From Thermoanaerobaculia bacterium (GTDB lineage Bacteria > Acidobacteriota > Thermoanaerobaculia > UBA5066): a stretch of DNA of 64,000 bases. A program made the translations under genes and the position numbers. The notes beneath the pieces are model-generated. The model saw only the letters and a program-made list of their open reading frames with translations, was not told where the DNA came from and ran no database searches. This document shows, piece by piece, positions 18,268-27,615 of this stretch; positions within the stretch are counted from its first letter, which is position 1; each line of letters opens with the position of its first letter. Location: assembly GCA_038245905.1 (NCBI GenBank), contig JBBRRY010000013.1:7876-71875 (forward strand), in the 5' to 3' direction.

Positions 18268-19215
18268 TCAGTGGATGCCGTGCTCGGCGAGCCAGCGTTC
18301 GGCGTCGATGGCCGCCTTGCAGCCTTCTCCCGCCGCCGAGACCGCCTGCCGGTAAATGAAGTCGGCGACATCGCCTGCCGCGAAGATGCCGTCGACCGAC
18401 GTCTTCGTCGAGGGGTGCCGGATCAGCAGGTAGCCGACGTCGTTCATCTCGAGCTTTCCCTTGAAAAGTCCGGTGTTCGGCTGGTGGCCGATCGCGGCGA
18501 AGTAGCCGGAGACGTTCAGCGTCCTTGTTTCGCCGGTCTTCGTGCTTTTCACGCGCACGCCCTTCACGCCCGTGGCGGGCTCACCGAGGATCTCCTCGAC
18601 GACCGTGTCGAGGAGGACCTCGACTTTCGGGTTCAGGAGCGCGCGTTGGACCATGATCTTCGACGCGCGGAATTCGCTCCGGCGGTGGACGAGATACACC
18701 TTCGTGCAGAACTTCGTGAGGAACGTCGCCTCCTCCATCGCCGTGTCGCCGCCGCCCACGACGACGACCTCCTTCCCGCGGAAGAAGAAACCGTCGCACG
18801 TCGCGCAGGCCGAGACGCCGTAGCCTAGTAGCTTTTTTTCGCTCTCGAGGCCGAGGTACTTGGCGGACGCGCCGGAAGCGACGATGACGGCGTCGGCCGT
18901 GATCCGGCCGGCCGATTCGAGAGTCAGGGTGAAGGGTCTCGACGCCACGTCGACCTCCGTGACGGTGTCGACGACGATCTCCGTGCCGAATCGCTGCGCC
19001 TGCTTGCGGGTGACGTCCATGAGCACCGGCCCCTGGATGCCATGCTCGAAGCCGGGAAAGTTTTCGACCTCGGTCGTCGTCGTGAGCTGGCCGCCGGGCT
19101 CCATTCCCTCGATGACGAGGGGCTCGAGGTTCGCGCGCGAAGCGTAGATGGCGGCCGTGAGACCGGCGGGGCCGGATCCGATGATCGCGACCTTGTAGTG
19201 AGTCTTTGCGGGCAT
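18268..19215 (-). CDS. trxB: thioredoxin-disulfide reductase
   Basis: VAIIGSGPAG, redox-active CATCDG and GGGDTAMEEA NADPH motifs, 315 aa. Confidence 0.9.
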   Translation of the reverse strand: MPAKTHYKVAIIGSGPAGLTAAIYASRANLEPLVIEGMEPGGQLTTTTEVENFPGFEHGIQGPVLMDVTRKQAQRFGTEIVVDTVTEVDVASRPFTLTLESAGRITADAVIVASGASAKYLGLESEKKLLGYGVSACATCDGFFFRGKEVVVVGGGDTAMEEATFLTKFCTKVYLVHRRSEFRASKIMVQRALLNPKVEVLLDTVVEEILGEPATGVKGVRVKSTKTGETRTLNVSGYFAAIGHQPNTGLFKGKLEMNDVGYLLIRHPSTKTSVDGIFAAGDVADFIYRQAVSAAGEGCKAAIDAERWLAEHGIH

Positions 19216-19225
19216 GGCCCCGAGG

Positions 19226-19816
19226 TTACTTCGCGTGAGCGAAGTACTCCTTCGCGCTTTCGCGGTCTCCGGACTTCATGGACCTTGCACCGGGCTTCCA
19301 ATCGGCGGGGCAGAGCTCGCCGTTGTCGCGCACATTCTGGAACGCCTGCAGGACGCGCAGTGTCTCGTCCACCGAGCGGCCGACGGACGTGTTGTTGATC
19401 GTCGCGTGCTGGACGACACCGTCCGGGTCGATGATGAAGAGCCCGCGCAGCGCGATCAAGCCGGCCTCGTCGAGGACGCCGTACTCCTCGGCGAGCTCCT
19501 TGCCGAGGTCCTCGAGGAGCGGGTACGCGAGGCCCTTGATGCCGCCTTCTTCACGCGGCTTCTCCGTCCACGCGAGATGGCTGTACCTGGAGTCCACGGA
19601 GGCTCCGAGCACCTCGGTGCCGGCCTTCTTGAACTCGCCGAGCCGGTCGGAAAACGCGAGGATCTCGGTCGGACACACGAAGGTGAAGTCGAGAGGGTAG
19701 AAGAACAGTACGACCCACTTCCCCTTGTAGTCGGCGAGGCGGTAGGTGTGGAACTTTCCGTTCAGGACGCCCTCGAGGGCGAAGTCGGGAGCCTTGCGGC
19801 CGACGATCTGGGTCAT
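19226..19816 (-). CDS. ahpC: 2-Cys peroxiredoxin (AhpC/Prx1 subfamily)
   Basis: …[15 protein letters not shown]…, and a resolving Cys in …[11 protein letters not shown]…. Confidence 0.9.
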   Translation of the reverse strand: MTQIVGRKAPDFALEGVLNGKFHTYRLADYKGKWVVLFFYPLDFTFVCPTEILAFSDRLGEFKKAGTEVLGASVDSRYSHLAWTEKPREEGGIKGLAYPLLEDLGKELAEEYGVLDEAGLIALRGLFIIDPDGVVQHATINNTSVGRSVDETLRVLQAFQNVRDNGELCPADWKPGARSMKSGDRESAKEYFAHAK

Positions 19817-19883
19817 GGAAATTCTCCTTATAGAGCTCGTATCTTTACAGGCAGGGATTGTGTCCCGTCTGGAAAAGCTAGTT

Positions 19884-19896
19884 TAGACTAAGTCTA
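19884..19896. promoter_or_regulatory. perfect 6-1-6 palindrome TAGACTaAGTCTA in the ahpC/rubrerythrin divergent intergenic region (candidate peroxide-regulator operator)
   Basis: Seen directly. The half-site AGTCTAAGT recurs at 19934-19942. It sits inside a 156-bp AT-richer island between two oxidative-stress operons. Confidence 0.4.
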
Positions 19897-19901
19897 TTTA
19901 C

Positions 19902-19931
19902 TTGTCCAGCCGCCTTGATTCTTGTTTATAT
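19902..19931 (+). promoter_or_regulatory. possible sigma70-type promoter for rubrerythrin (TTGTCC-N18-TTATAT)
   Basis: A -35/-10-like hexamer pair about 40 nt upstream of the strong SD TAAGGAGGG (19961-69) and the ATG at 19973. Assigned by eye only. Confidence 0.3.
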
Positions 19932-19972
19932 TCAGTCTAAGTTAGGGAGAGTCACATTAGTAAGGAGGGCCC

Positions 19973-20392
19973 ATGGCCGAACTCAAGGGAACCAAGACGC
20001 ACGAGAACCTCAAACACGCGTTCGCGGGCGAGAGCCAGGCGAACCGCCGCTACCTCTATTTCGCCGACAAGGCCGACATCGAAGGCTATCCGGAGATCGC
20101 GGGCAACTTCCGCGACACGGCGGAGGGTGAGACGGGCCACGCGCACGGGCACATGGACTACCTGAAGCCCGCGGGCGACCCCGCCACGGGCCTTCCGTTC
20201 GGATCGACGTCTCTGAATCTCAAGAGCGCGATAGAGGGCGAGACCTACGAGTACACGCAGATGTACCCCGGTTTCGCGAAGACCGCCCGCGAGGAGGGCT
20301 TCGCCGAGGTCGCCGACTGGTTCGAGACGCTCGCGCGCGCCGAGAAGTCGCACGCGAACCGCTTCTCGAAGCTCCTCACGACGATCGGCTGA
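19973..20392 (+). CDS. rbr: rubrerythrin-family diiron (ferritin-like) protein lacking the rubredoxin domain
   Basis: ExxH diiron motifs (…ESQANRRY…, …GETGHAHGH…, …[12 protein letters not shown]…, …AEKSHANRF…) in 139 aa. Confidence 0.8.
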   Translation: MAELKGTKTHENLKHAFAGESQANRRYLYFADKADIEGYPEIAGNFRDTAEGETGHAHGHMDYLKPAGDPATGLPFGSTSLNLKSAIEGETYEYTQMYPGFAKTAREEGFAEVADWFETLARAEKSHANRFSKLLTTIG

Positions 20393-20416
20393 AGACCCCG
20401 CCTCACTCACCACCAC

Positions 20417-21694
20417 ATGGGTGCCGTAGGACCTCCGATCGCCGTCAAGGACTCGGCCTCCCTGTCTGCCGAGCTCACACGCATCGCCGACATCTGCCAC
20501 GGGTGCCGGCGGTGCTTCTCGCTCTGCCCGTCTTTCGAGGTCCTGTTCAAGGGTCTCGACGTGCCGGAAGTGGACGGCGAGGCAGACAAGCTGCCGAAAA
20601 AGGTCCTCGACGATTTCGTGGACCTCTGCTACGAGTGCAAGCTCTGCCTGCCGCACTGCCCGTACATTCCGCCACATCGCTGGGCGGTGGACGTTCCCCA
20701 TCTCGTCCTCGAGTCGCGCCACGTGCGGATGCAGGAAACGGGGCTGCGGCTGCGCGAGCGGCTCCTCTCGAACCCGGACGCGCTCGGCCGGATGTCTTCG
20801 CCCGTCGCACCCGTCGCGAACTTCATGAACACCCTGCCCCTCGCGCGGTGGGCGATGGAGAAGACGCTCGGCGTCTCCGCGAAGAAGGACCTCCCCCGTT
20901 TCGTCTGGCAGACCTTCACGCGCTGGTTCGAGACGCGCGAGGCGCCGAGACTCACGGCGCCGCCGGCCGCGAAGGTCGTCCTCTTCCCGACCTGCTCCGT
21001 CGAGTGGAACCGGCCCGAGATCGGGCAGGCTGCCGTCGCCGTGCTCGAGAAGAACGGTGTCGAGGTCGCCGTCGCGTACCCGCTGTGCTGCGGGATGCCG
21101 CTTTTTGACGTCGGCGACATCGCGGGCGCCGACGAGGCGCGCCGGACGTTCGTCGCGGCGATGAAGGACTGGGTCCTGAAGGGCTACACGATCGTGACGC
21201 CCGGCCCGTCCTGCTCGCTCATGGTCAAGAAGGAGTACCCGTGGCTCGCGGCCCGGAGCGGCGCGCCCGACGCGGACACGGCGCTCGTAGCGAAGGCCAC
21301 GCGCGACCTCTTCGAATTCCTCGCCGAGCTCAGGGCGAAGGGCCTCCTCGCGCTGGACTTCCCGAAGGCGCCGAAGTCGATCGCTTACCACCTCCCGTGC
21401 CACCTCAAGGTCCAGAACATGGGCTACAAGTCGCGCGACATCCTTGCAGCCACGGGAGCGGTGGTGACGATGGTCGAGAAGTGCTCGGGCCACGACGGGA
21501 CGTGGGCGATGAAGACGGAGTATTTCGACGAGTCCATGAAGGTCGGACAGAAGCTCTTCGACGGGCTCGCAGCGGCTCAGGCCGACGTGATCGCGTCGGA
21601 CTGCGCGCTCGCGGGTGTCCAGATCCACCAGGGGATGAACATTCCGGTGAAGCACCCGATCGAAGTGCTCCGGGACGCTTACGGGCTCGCATGA
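20417..21694 (+). CDS. Fe-S oxidoreductase with 2x[4Fe-4S] and CCG domains (GlpC/GlcF/HdrD-like)
   Basis: CHGCRRCFSLCP and CYECKLCLPHCP ferredoxin motifs, then Cys-rich CCG repeats (…FPTCSVEW…PLCCGMP… and …HLPCHL…). Confidence 0.75.
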   Translation: MGAVGPPIAVKDSASLSAELTRIADICHGCRRCFSLCPSFEVLFKGLDVPEVDGEADKLPKKVLDDFVDLCYECKLCLPHCPYIPPHRWAVDVPHLVLESRHVRMQETGLRLRERLLSNPDALGRMSSPVAPVANFMNTLPLARWAMEKTLGVSAKKDLPRFVWQTFTRWFETREAPRLTAPPAAKVVLFPTCSVEWNRPEIGQAAVAVLEKNGVEVAVAYPLCCGMPLFDVGDIAGADEARRTFVAAMKDWVLKGYTIVTPGPSCSLMVKKEYPWLAARSGAPDADTALVAKATRDLFEFLAELRAKGLLALDFPKAPKSIAYHLPCHLKVQNMGYKSRDILAATGAVVTMVEKCSGHDGTWAMKTEYFDESMKVGQKLFDGLAAAQADVIASDCALAGVQIHQGMNIPVKHPIEVLRDAYGLA

Positions 21695-22281
21695 AGAAAG
21701 TCACGCTCCTGGACGTCAAGAACCTGCACGAGTACGAGCTCATCCGCGACGACTGGCGGAAGGACATCATCGCCGTGAAGGCGAAGCGGCGCGTCCTCCT
21801 CGGGGACATCATGTCGCTCGTATTCGAGAACCGTCTCACGGTCCTGAACCAGGTTCAGGAGATGTGCCGGGTCGAGCGCCTCGCGAAACCCGAGGCCGTT
21901 CAGAAGGAAATCGACGTCTACAACGACCTCGTGCCCGACCCAGGCGAGCTCTCGGCCACGCTGCTCGTCGAGATCACCGAGGAAACCGACATCCAGCCGC
22001 GGCTCGACGGGCTCGTCGGCCTTTCGTCGGGTCGCCACGTCTGGCTCGAGTTGAACGGCCGAAAGATCTTCGCGCGCTTCCTCGAGGGGCAGGGGCGCGA
22101 GGATCGGATCGCGGCTGTGCAGTACCTGAGGTTCCCGATCGGAGAGGACCCGCTCGACCGCCAGGCGCTCGAGTCGGGGCCGGCCTCCGTGATCCTCTTT
22201 GCCGACCATCCGGGCTATCGGGCCAGCGCCGTCCTTTCGCCCGCCATGCGCGCAGAGATTGCCCGCGACCTCGTCGACTGA
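21691..22281 (+). CDS. DUF3501-family protein (commonly partnered with rubrerythrin and CCG Fe-S proteins)
   Basis: 196 aa, with its ATG overlapping the preceding stop (ATGA). The family call rests on the conserved gene neighbourhood and N-terminal sequence from memory. Confidence 0.45.
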   Translation: MKKVTLLDVKNLHEYELIRDDWRKDIIAVKAKRRVLLGDIMSLVFENRLTVLNQVQEMCRVERLAKPEAVQKEIDVYNDLVPDPGELSATLLVEITEETDIQPRLDGLVGLSSGRHVWLELNGRKIFARFLEGQGREDRIAAVQYLRFPIGEDPLDRQALESGPASVILFADHPGYRASAVLSPAMRAEIARDLVD

Positions 22282-22311
22282 GGCCGTTTCGAAGCCGAAT
22301 AGAATCCGCCC

Positions 22312-22803
22312 GTGCTCATTCATCTTCTCCGCCACGCCGAAGCCGAGGACGTTTCGCCCACCGGAAGAGACGCGGATCGCCGTCTGACCGAGGACGGGAG
22401 GAAGCGCATGCGGTTGGTGGCGAAGGCGATCGCGAAGCTGGAGCCTGGCTACGAAGCCGTGCTCGTTTCGCCTCTCGTGCGGGCCCGGGAGACGGCAGAG
22501 CCGGTCGCGGCGGCCTGCGGATTGGGGCGCCCGATCACGGAAACGAAGAATCTCTCCCCGAATGCCGACCCCGTCGAGGTCCTCCACGAGCTCGCCCGCC
22601 TTGGGTTAGCGTCGGTTCTCCTCGTCGGGCATCAGCCCCATCTGGGCCGGCTTGCGGGGCTGCTCCTGTCGGGTCGCTCCGACCTCGAAGTCCCGATGAA
22701 GAAGGCGGCTCTGGCGGCCTTCGAGGCTTCCGCCGACCCGACTCTCGGGCTGGCCGAACTGAAGTTCCTGCTTCCCCCGCGCCTCATGGAAAAGCTTCCA
22801 TAG
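22312..22803 (+). CDS. sixA: phosphohistidine phosphatase SixA (histidine phosphatase superfamily)
   Basis: LLRHAEAE… RHG motif and …LVGHQPHLG…, 163 aa, GTG start. Confidence 0.75.
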   Translation: MLIHLLRHAEAEDVSPTGRDADRRLTEDGRKRMRLVAKAIAKLEPGYEAVLVSPLVRARETAEPVAAACGLGRPITETKNLSPNADPVEVLHELARLGLASVLLVGHQPHLGRLAGLLLSGRSDLEVPMKKAALAAFEASADPTLGLAELKFLLPPRLMEKLP

Positions 22804-22881
22804 TCATGAGTTACGGCACAAGTCGATTATTCTTGACTCGTTCCTGATAGGATCTTGGGTCCTTGGAGGATCGATTTTTCT

Positions 22882-23484
22882 ATGGGTAAAAGTGTTGCTC
22901 TCGGCTGCATCGTCCTGATCCTGGTCGGCGTCCTCGTAGTCGGCGGCATGGCGGCGGGCGCCTACAACAAGCTGAACGCCGCGGATCAGGCTGTCAGCGC
23001 GGGCTGGGCCCAGGTCGAAAACGTCTATCAGCGGCGTGCCGATCTCATCCCGAACCTCGTCGAGACCGTCAAGGGAGCGGCGAATTTCGAGAAGGACACC
23101 CTGACCCAGGTCATCCAGGCGCGCGCTTCGGCCACGCAGGTCAAGCTCGACGCGAACTCCATCAAGGACCCGGCTGCCTTCGAGAAGTTTCAGAAGGCCC
23201 AGGACGCGCTCGGGAGCGCAATCGGCCGCCTGCTCGTCAGCGTCGAGAAGTACCCGGAGCTGAAGGCGGTCCAGGGGTTCCGCGACCTGCAGGTGCAGCT
23301 CGAGGGGACAGAGAACCGCATTTCGGTCGAGCGCGGCCGGTTCAACGACATTTCGCAGGTGTATAACACGCTGCGCCGCTCGTTCCCGACCGTCATCGTC
23401 GCGAACTTCGCCGGCTTCAAGGATCGTCCGTACTTCAAGGCCGCGGAGGGCTCCGAGAAGCCTCCCCCGGTCAAGTTCAACTGA
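22882..23484 (+). CDS. lemA: LemA family protein
   Basis: An N-terminal TM helix then the LemA domain (…YNKLNAADQAVSAGWAQVENVYQRRADLIPNLVETVKG…). Start at the internal ATG (MGKSV…). Confidence 0.85.
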   Translation: MGKSVALGCIVLILVGVLVVGGMAAGAYNKLNAADQAVSAGWAQVENVYQRRADLIPNLVETVKGAANFEKDTLTQVIQARASATQVKLDANSIKDPAAFEKFQKAQDALGSAIGRLLVSVEKYPELKAVQGFRDLQVQLEGTENRISVERGRFNDISQVYNTLRRSFPTVIVANFAGFKDRPYFKAAEGSEKPPPVKFN

Positions 23485-23514
23485 GGCCGGCTCGCGGCGC
23501 TTTCGGATTCTTGA

Positions 23515-24273
23515 ATGAGTAGACGCGGCGGGGGGCGGAAAGTCTTCTTCTTCGCTTTCCTCTTTCTCCTCGCCTCCGCCGCCGCCGCGGGGCCCGTGGT
23601 GCCGCCCGCGCCGACGCGGTTCGTGACGGACAAGGCAGGCGTGATCGCGCCGGACGTCGCCGCCGGGCTCGAGACCCGCCTTTTCGACTTCGAGAAGGAA
23701 ACGTCGAACCAGTTCCTCGTCTACACGGAGACCGCCGTTCCGGAGGGAACGACGCTCGAGGAATACACCGTCGCGTGCGCGCAGGCCTGGAAGGCCGGGC
23801 AGACGCAGCGGAAGAACGGGATGATCCTGTTCGTCTTTCCCGGATCGCGGAAGGCGCGCCTCGAAGTGGGATACGGGCTCGAAGGCGCGATGCCCGATGC
23901 CCTCGCGCGTCGCGTCCTCGACGAGCAGGTGCTCCCGCGGTTCCGGACGGGCGACTACTCCGGGGGGATTTCCTCGGGCGTCTCGTCTGCGATCGCGGCC
24001 ACGAAGGGCGAGTACAAGGGGACCGGACAGGCGCGCGGGCAGCGCCGCGAACGGACCCTTCCCGGTCCGCTTCTTCTCTCTCTCCTCTTTCTCTTTTTCT
24101 TCGTGATCGTTCCGGCGCTCCGGGGCCGTCGCCGCGGGTATTCCTACATCGGTGGCGGCGGCTGGGGCTCGGGGGGATTCGGCGGGTTCGGCGGCGGAGG
24201 AGGAGGAGGCGGCGGCGGCTTCTCGGGCGGAGGCGGCTCCTTCGGCGGCGGCGGCGCGAGCGGGGACTGGTGA
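23515..24273 (+). CDS. TPM-domain protein (YgcG-like) with a TM segment and a Gly-rich C-terminal tail
   Basis: Signal peptide, then a TPM domain (…FVTDKAGVI…LVYTE…GMILFVFPGSRKARLEVGYGLEG…), then a TM helix, then a GGGGWGSGGFGGFGGGGGGGGGGFSGGGG tail. Confidence 0.8.
   Translation: MSRRGGGRKVFFFAFLFLLASAAAAGPVVPPAPTRFVTDKAGVIAPDVAAGLETRLFDFEKETSNQFLVYTETAVPEGTTLEEYTVACAQAWKAGQTQRKNGMILFVFPGSRKARLEVGYGLEGAMPDALARRVLDEQVLPRFRTGDYSGGISSGVSSAIAATKGEYKGTGQARGQRRERTLPGPLLLSLLFLFFFVIVPALRGRRRGYSYIGGGGWGSGGFGGFGGGGGGGGGGFSGGGGSFGGGGASGDW
24150..24270 (+). repeat. GGC-rich low-complexity coding repeat (Gly-rich tail of the TPM protein)
   Basis: (ggc/gga)n runs are visible in the sequence, encoding about 35 consecutive Gly/Phe/Ser residues. 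Confidence 0.8.
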
Positions 24274-24276
24274 CGC

Positions 24277-24726
24277 ATGGTGAAGAGTGAGAAGGCGAAG
24301 TCGTTCTTCGACGGCCTCGATCGCCCGGCGATCGTCGCGGCCATCAGTCGGGCTGAGGCGAAGGGTCTCGGAGAGATCCGCGTCCACCTGCATCACGGCG
24401 CCGTGAACGACGCGCGGGAGGAAGCGGAGAAGACCTTCCTGAAACTCGGAATGGACAAGACGATCCGGGGAAGCGGATGCCTCGTCTTCATCGCCCCGGA
24501 GTCACGAGCTTTCGCCGTGATCGGCGGCACGGGAATCCACGAAAAGGTTGGAGACGCGTTCTGGGCCGAGGCGCGGGATGCGGCTCGAGCCCGCTTCGCC
24601 GAGGGGAAGTTCACGGAGGGGATCGTCGCGGCAGTGGACAAGCTCGGCGACGCGCTGGCCCTCTTCTTCCCGAACACGGGGCCAAAGGACACGAACGAGC
24701 TGCCGGACGAGGTCAGCGAGGACTGA
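24277..24726 (+). CDS. TPM-domain protein (second, cytoplasmic-type; DUF477-like)
   Basis: …GEIRVHL…, …GCLVFIAPESRAFAVIGGTGIHEKVGDAFW…. It completes the LemA-TPM-TPM triad. Confidence 0.7.
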   Translation: MVKSEKAKSFFDGLDRPAIVAAISRAEAKGLGEIRVHLHHGAVNDAREEAEKTFLKLGMDKTIRGSGCLVFIAPESRAFAVIGGTGIHEKVGDAFWAEARDAARARFAEGKFTEGIVAAVDKLGDALALFFPNTGPKDTNELPDEVSED

Positions 24727-24733
24727 CGCCGCT

Positions 24734-24762
24734 TTGACAGCCGTGTCCCGGTCTGGTATTTT
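24734..24762 (+). promoter_or_regulatory. candidate sigma70 promoter of the rplU-rpmA-obg operon (TTGACA-N17-TATTTT)
   Basis: TTGACA at 24734-39, a 17-nt spacer, TATTTT at 24757-62. It lies about 37 nt upstream of the rplU SD/ATG in an AT-richer leader. Confidence 0.45.
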
Positions 24763-24798
24763 CGTCGGCCGTTTTGCTCGGGAAGTTGAGGTAAAGCC

Positions 24799-25119
24799 AT
24801 GTACGCAGTTATCCGGACGGGGGGCAAGCAGGTACGCGTCGCCGAGGGCGACGTCGTGCGTGTCGAGCGCCTCACGAAAGAGACCCTCGAGAAGGGCGCG
24901 GAGGTGTCTCTGACCGAAGTCCTCGCCATCGGCAAGGACGACGGCCTCCACCTCGGCTCCCCGCTCGTCGCGGGCGCGAAAGTGACGGGCGTCGTCGTCC
25001 GCGAGACGCGCGGGCCGAAGCTTCTCGTCTACAAGAAGAAGCGCCGGAAGGGTTTCCAGCGCACTCACGGACATCGCCAGGATCTCGTCGAGATTCGCAT
25101 CGCGTCCATCACGGTCTGA
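24799..25119 (+). CDS. rplU: 50S ribosomal protein L21
   Basis: MYAVIRTGGKQ… signature, 106 aa. Confidence 0.95.
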   Translation: MYAVIRTGGKQVRVAEGDVVRVERLTKETLEKGAEVSLTEVLAIGKDDGLHLGSPLVAGAKVTGVVVRETRGPKLLVYKKKRRKGFQRTHGHRQDLVEIRIASITV

Positions 25120-25140
25120 TCAGGCGGAGACGAAAACAAA

Positions 25141-25413
25141 ATGGCACACAAAAAAGGTCAGGGTTCGTCCCGCAACGGGCGCGACAGCAACAGCCAGCGC
25201 CTCGGCGTGAAGCGTTTTGCCGGTCAGCTCGTGTCGGGCGGTTCGATCCTCGTCCGGCAGCGCGGCACGCCCCTGAAGCCGGGACTGAACGTCGGCCGCG
25301 CCAAGGACGATTCCCTGTTCGCGAAGGTCGACGGGATCGTGAACTTCCACGACAAGGGCCGGCTCGGCCGCTACGTCTCGATCACCCCCGCGGCCCTCGT
25401 CGCCGAAAAGTAA
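25141..25413 (+). CDS. rpmA: 50S ribosomal protein L27
   Basis: [16 protein letters not shown]… signature, 90 aa. Confidence 0.95.
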   Translation: MAHKKGQGSSRNGRDSNSQRLGVKRFAGQLVSGGSILVRQRGTPLKPGLNVGRAKDDSLFAKVDGIVNFHDKGRLGRYVSITPAALVAEK

Positions 25414-25422
25414 GCCGCTCTT

Positions 25423-26490
25423 TTGTTCATCGACGAAGCGGTCATCCACGTCGCCGGGGGCGACGGTGGTAATGGCTGTGTCGCCATGCGGCGCGAGAAG
25501 TTCGTCCCACGGGGCGGGCCCTCGGGCGGGGACGGTGGAGACGGCGGCAGCGTCACGCTCGTCGCGGACCGCGGACTCAACACGCTCTATCCGTTCCGTT
25601 TCCAGAGGCGTTTCCCCGCGGGCCGGGGAGGCCACGGGAAGGGCAACAACCGCCACGGAAAAAATGGGGCGGATCTCCCGGTCTCGGTGCCCGTCGGAAC
25701 GGTCGTGCGCGTCCGCGACACGGGGGAGATCCTCGGCGACCTCGTCGAGGAGGGACAGACGCTGCTCGTGGCCCCCGGTGGAAAAGGCGGAAAGGGAAAC
25801 GCACGCTTCGCGACGTCGACGAATCGCACGCCGCGGCGCGCGGATCCGGGCGGCGAGGGCGTCCAGCTCGAGCTCGCGCTCGAGCTGAAGCTTCTCGCGG
25901 ACGTGGCCCTCGTCGGGCTGCCGAATGCGGGCAAGTCGACACTCATCGCCGCGATCTCGGCCGCTCGCCCGAAGATCGCCGATTACCCCTTTACGACACT
26001 CGTGCCGAATCTCGGGGTCGTCTCGTGGGAGCGGTTCCGGACGTTCGTCGCGGCGGACGTGCCGGGCCTCATCGAGGGCGCCCACGAAGGCCACGGCCTC
26101 GGAATCCGGTTCCTGAAGCATGTCGAAAGGTCGCGCCTCCTCGTCCACCTCGTGGACGCCGCGGCGCTCGACGCGGACGACACCGAGCAGAACGCGGAAG
26201 CGACGATCGCGACGATCGAGCACGAGCTCCAGTCCTTCCAGCCCGAGCTCGCGGAGCGCGAACGCGTCCTCGTGGCCACGAAGGAGGACGCGGCAACACC
26301 GGACCAGGTCGATGCGGTCCGTGCCGCCGCGAAGCGCCGGGGCCTCGCCTTCTTCGCGATTTCGGCCGCGGCGCGCCACGGGCTCGACGCCCTCGTCCCG
26401 CATCTCGGCACGCGGCTCGACGCGCTCGCGGCGTCCGCGGTGTCCACCGCGCCCGCCGTTCCCGCCTCGTCCACGCCGGTCGCGTCCTGA
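25423..26490 (+). CDS. obg: GTPase Obg/CgtA
   Basis: Obg fold with Gly-rich GGxGGxGG repeats, then the G-domain GLPNAGKSTL… and DVPGLIEGA. TTG start. Confidence 0.9.
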   Translation: MFIDEAVIHVAGGDGGNGCVAMRREKFVPRGGPSGGDGGDGGSVTLVADRGLNTLYPFRFQRRFPAGRGGHGKGNNRHGKNGADLPVSVPVGTVVRVRDTGEILGDLVEEGQTLLVAPGGKGGKGNARFATSTNRTPRRADPGGEGVQLELALELKLLADVALVGLPNAGKSTLIAAISAARPKIADYPFTTLVPNLGVVSWERFRTFVAADVPGLIEGAHEGHGLGIRFLKHVERSRLLVHLVDAAALDADDTEQNAEATIATIEHELQSFQPELAERERVLVATKEDAATPDQVDAVRAAAKRRGLAFFAISAAARHGLDALVPHLGTRLDALAASAVSTAPAVPASSTPVAS

Positions 26491-26492
26491 AC

Positions 26493-27101
26493 ATGCGCAT
26501 CGGCGTTTACGGGGGCTCGTTCGATCCGGTGCACTACGGGCATCTCGTGCCCGTCGAGGAGGCGCGGCAGAGGCTTCTGCTCGACGAAATCCTCTTCGTG
26601 CCGGCGTTCCAACCGCCGCACAAGCCGTCCGGAACGTCGGCCCCGTCTCACCATCGCTTCGCGATGCTCGCGCTCGCGCTGGAGACGTATCCCGCCTTCC
26701 GCCTGACCGACTTCGAAGTCGCGCGCGGCGGGACCACGTACACGATCGAGACCCTCCGGCACCTGCGCGCGGCGCGGGCCGACGCCGAGTTCGTGCTCGT
26801 GCTCGGGTCCGACTCTCTCGCCGCGATCACGACGTGGCGCTCGTGGCAGGAGATTCTCGACGAGTTCCCGCTCGCCGTCGTCGAGCGGGAGGGCTTTCCG
26901 GCCGGAGTGCTCGCGCGCGAGCTGCCGCAGGCGATCTCCGGCCGGTTCGGCGAGTCGATTTTCTTCGCGGGCAACGCACCGGTTACAATTTCGTCCACGT
27001 GGTTAAGGCGCGCCATCCCAGCGGGAGAGGACCTGAGCGGAAGTCTCCCGGCGAACGTCGCCGCGTATCTCCGAAGGCACGCCCTGTACCGGGTCCCGTA
27101 A
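26493..27101 (+). CDS. nadD: nicotinate-nucleotide adenylyltransferase
   Basis: MRIGVYGGSFDPVHYGHL (the H/TxGH motif), 202 aa. The six-frame track only shows it as the tail of a longer spurious ORF. Confidence 0.85.
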   Translation: MRIGVYGGSFDPVHYGHLVPVEEARQRLLLDEILFVPAFQPPHKPSGTSAPSHHRFAMLALALETYPAFRLTDFEVARGGTTYTIETLRHLRAARADAEFVLVLGSDSLAAITTWRSWQEILDEFPLAVVEREGFPAGVLARELPQAISGRFGESIFFAGNAPVTISSTWLRRAIPAGEDLSGSLPANVAAYLRRHALYRVP

Positions 27102-27289
27102 AGCACGCCGTTCCACAGGTCGGACCCATCGACGACCTCATCGAGGCGACGCTGCAGCGGACGGGGGCGCGATCCGGAGCACGGGCCGCGGCCGCGGCCG
27201 CCGCGGCGTCCCAGGACGCGCCCGAGAAGTCCCGTGCTTCCGCCGACCCGGCAATCGACGAGCGCCTGACCGAACAGCTCAAGAAGGGT

Positions 27290-27607
27290 GTGGCCGCGCT
27301 GCTCGACAAGAAGGCCGAAAAGCTGGTCGTCCTGAACCTGCAGGGCCTCACGACGATCTCCGACTACTTCGTCCTCGCCACGGCGGGGAGTGACCGGCAA
27401 GCCCAGGCTCTTTCCGACGCCGTCGAGCTGGCCCTCAAGGCCGTGGGCCGCAGGCCGCTCTCGATCGAGGGCTACTCCTCAGCGACCTGGATCCTCCTCG
27501 ACTACGGCGACGTGGTGTTCCACGTCTTCCACGACGAGGCGCGCCGCTTCTACGGCCTCGAGAGGCTGTGGGGAGACGCTCCGGACGCCACGGCGGCGTT
27601 CCGCTAA
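27290..27607 (+). CDS. rsfS: ribosomal silencing factor RsfS (Iojap)
   Basis: …LNLQGLTTISDYFVLATAGSDRQAQALSDAV… and …WILLDYGDVVFHVFHDEARRFYGLERLW match RsfS end to end. GTG start chosen at 27290; it could start a few codons further upstream. Confidence 0.75.
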   Translation: MAALLDKKAEKLVVLNLQGLTTISDYFVLATAGSDRQAQALSDAVELALKAVGRRPLSIEGYSSATWILLDYGDVVFHVFHDEARRFYGLERLWGDAPDATAAFR

Positions 27608-27615
27608 GGTATCGC

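Noticed and set aside
22804-22881. Possible sigma70 (TTGACT) or sigma54 (GGCAC-N5-GATT) promoter elements upstream of lemA
   Set aside because: The spacing to any -10-like hexamer is wrong (9 nt), and the -12 element does not match TTGC. Not called.
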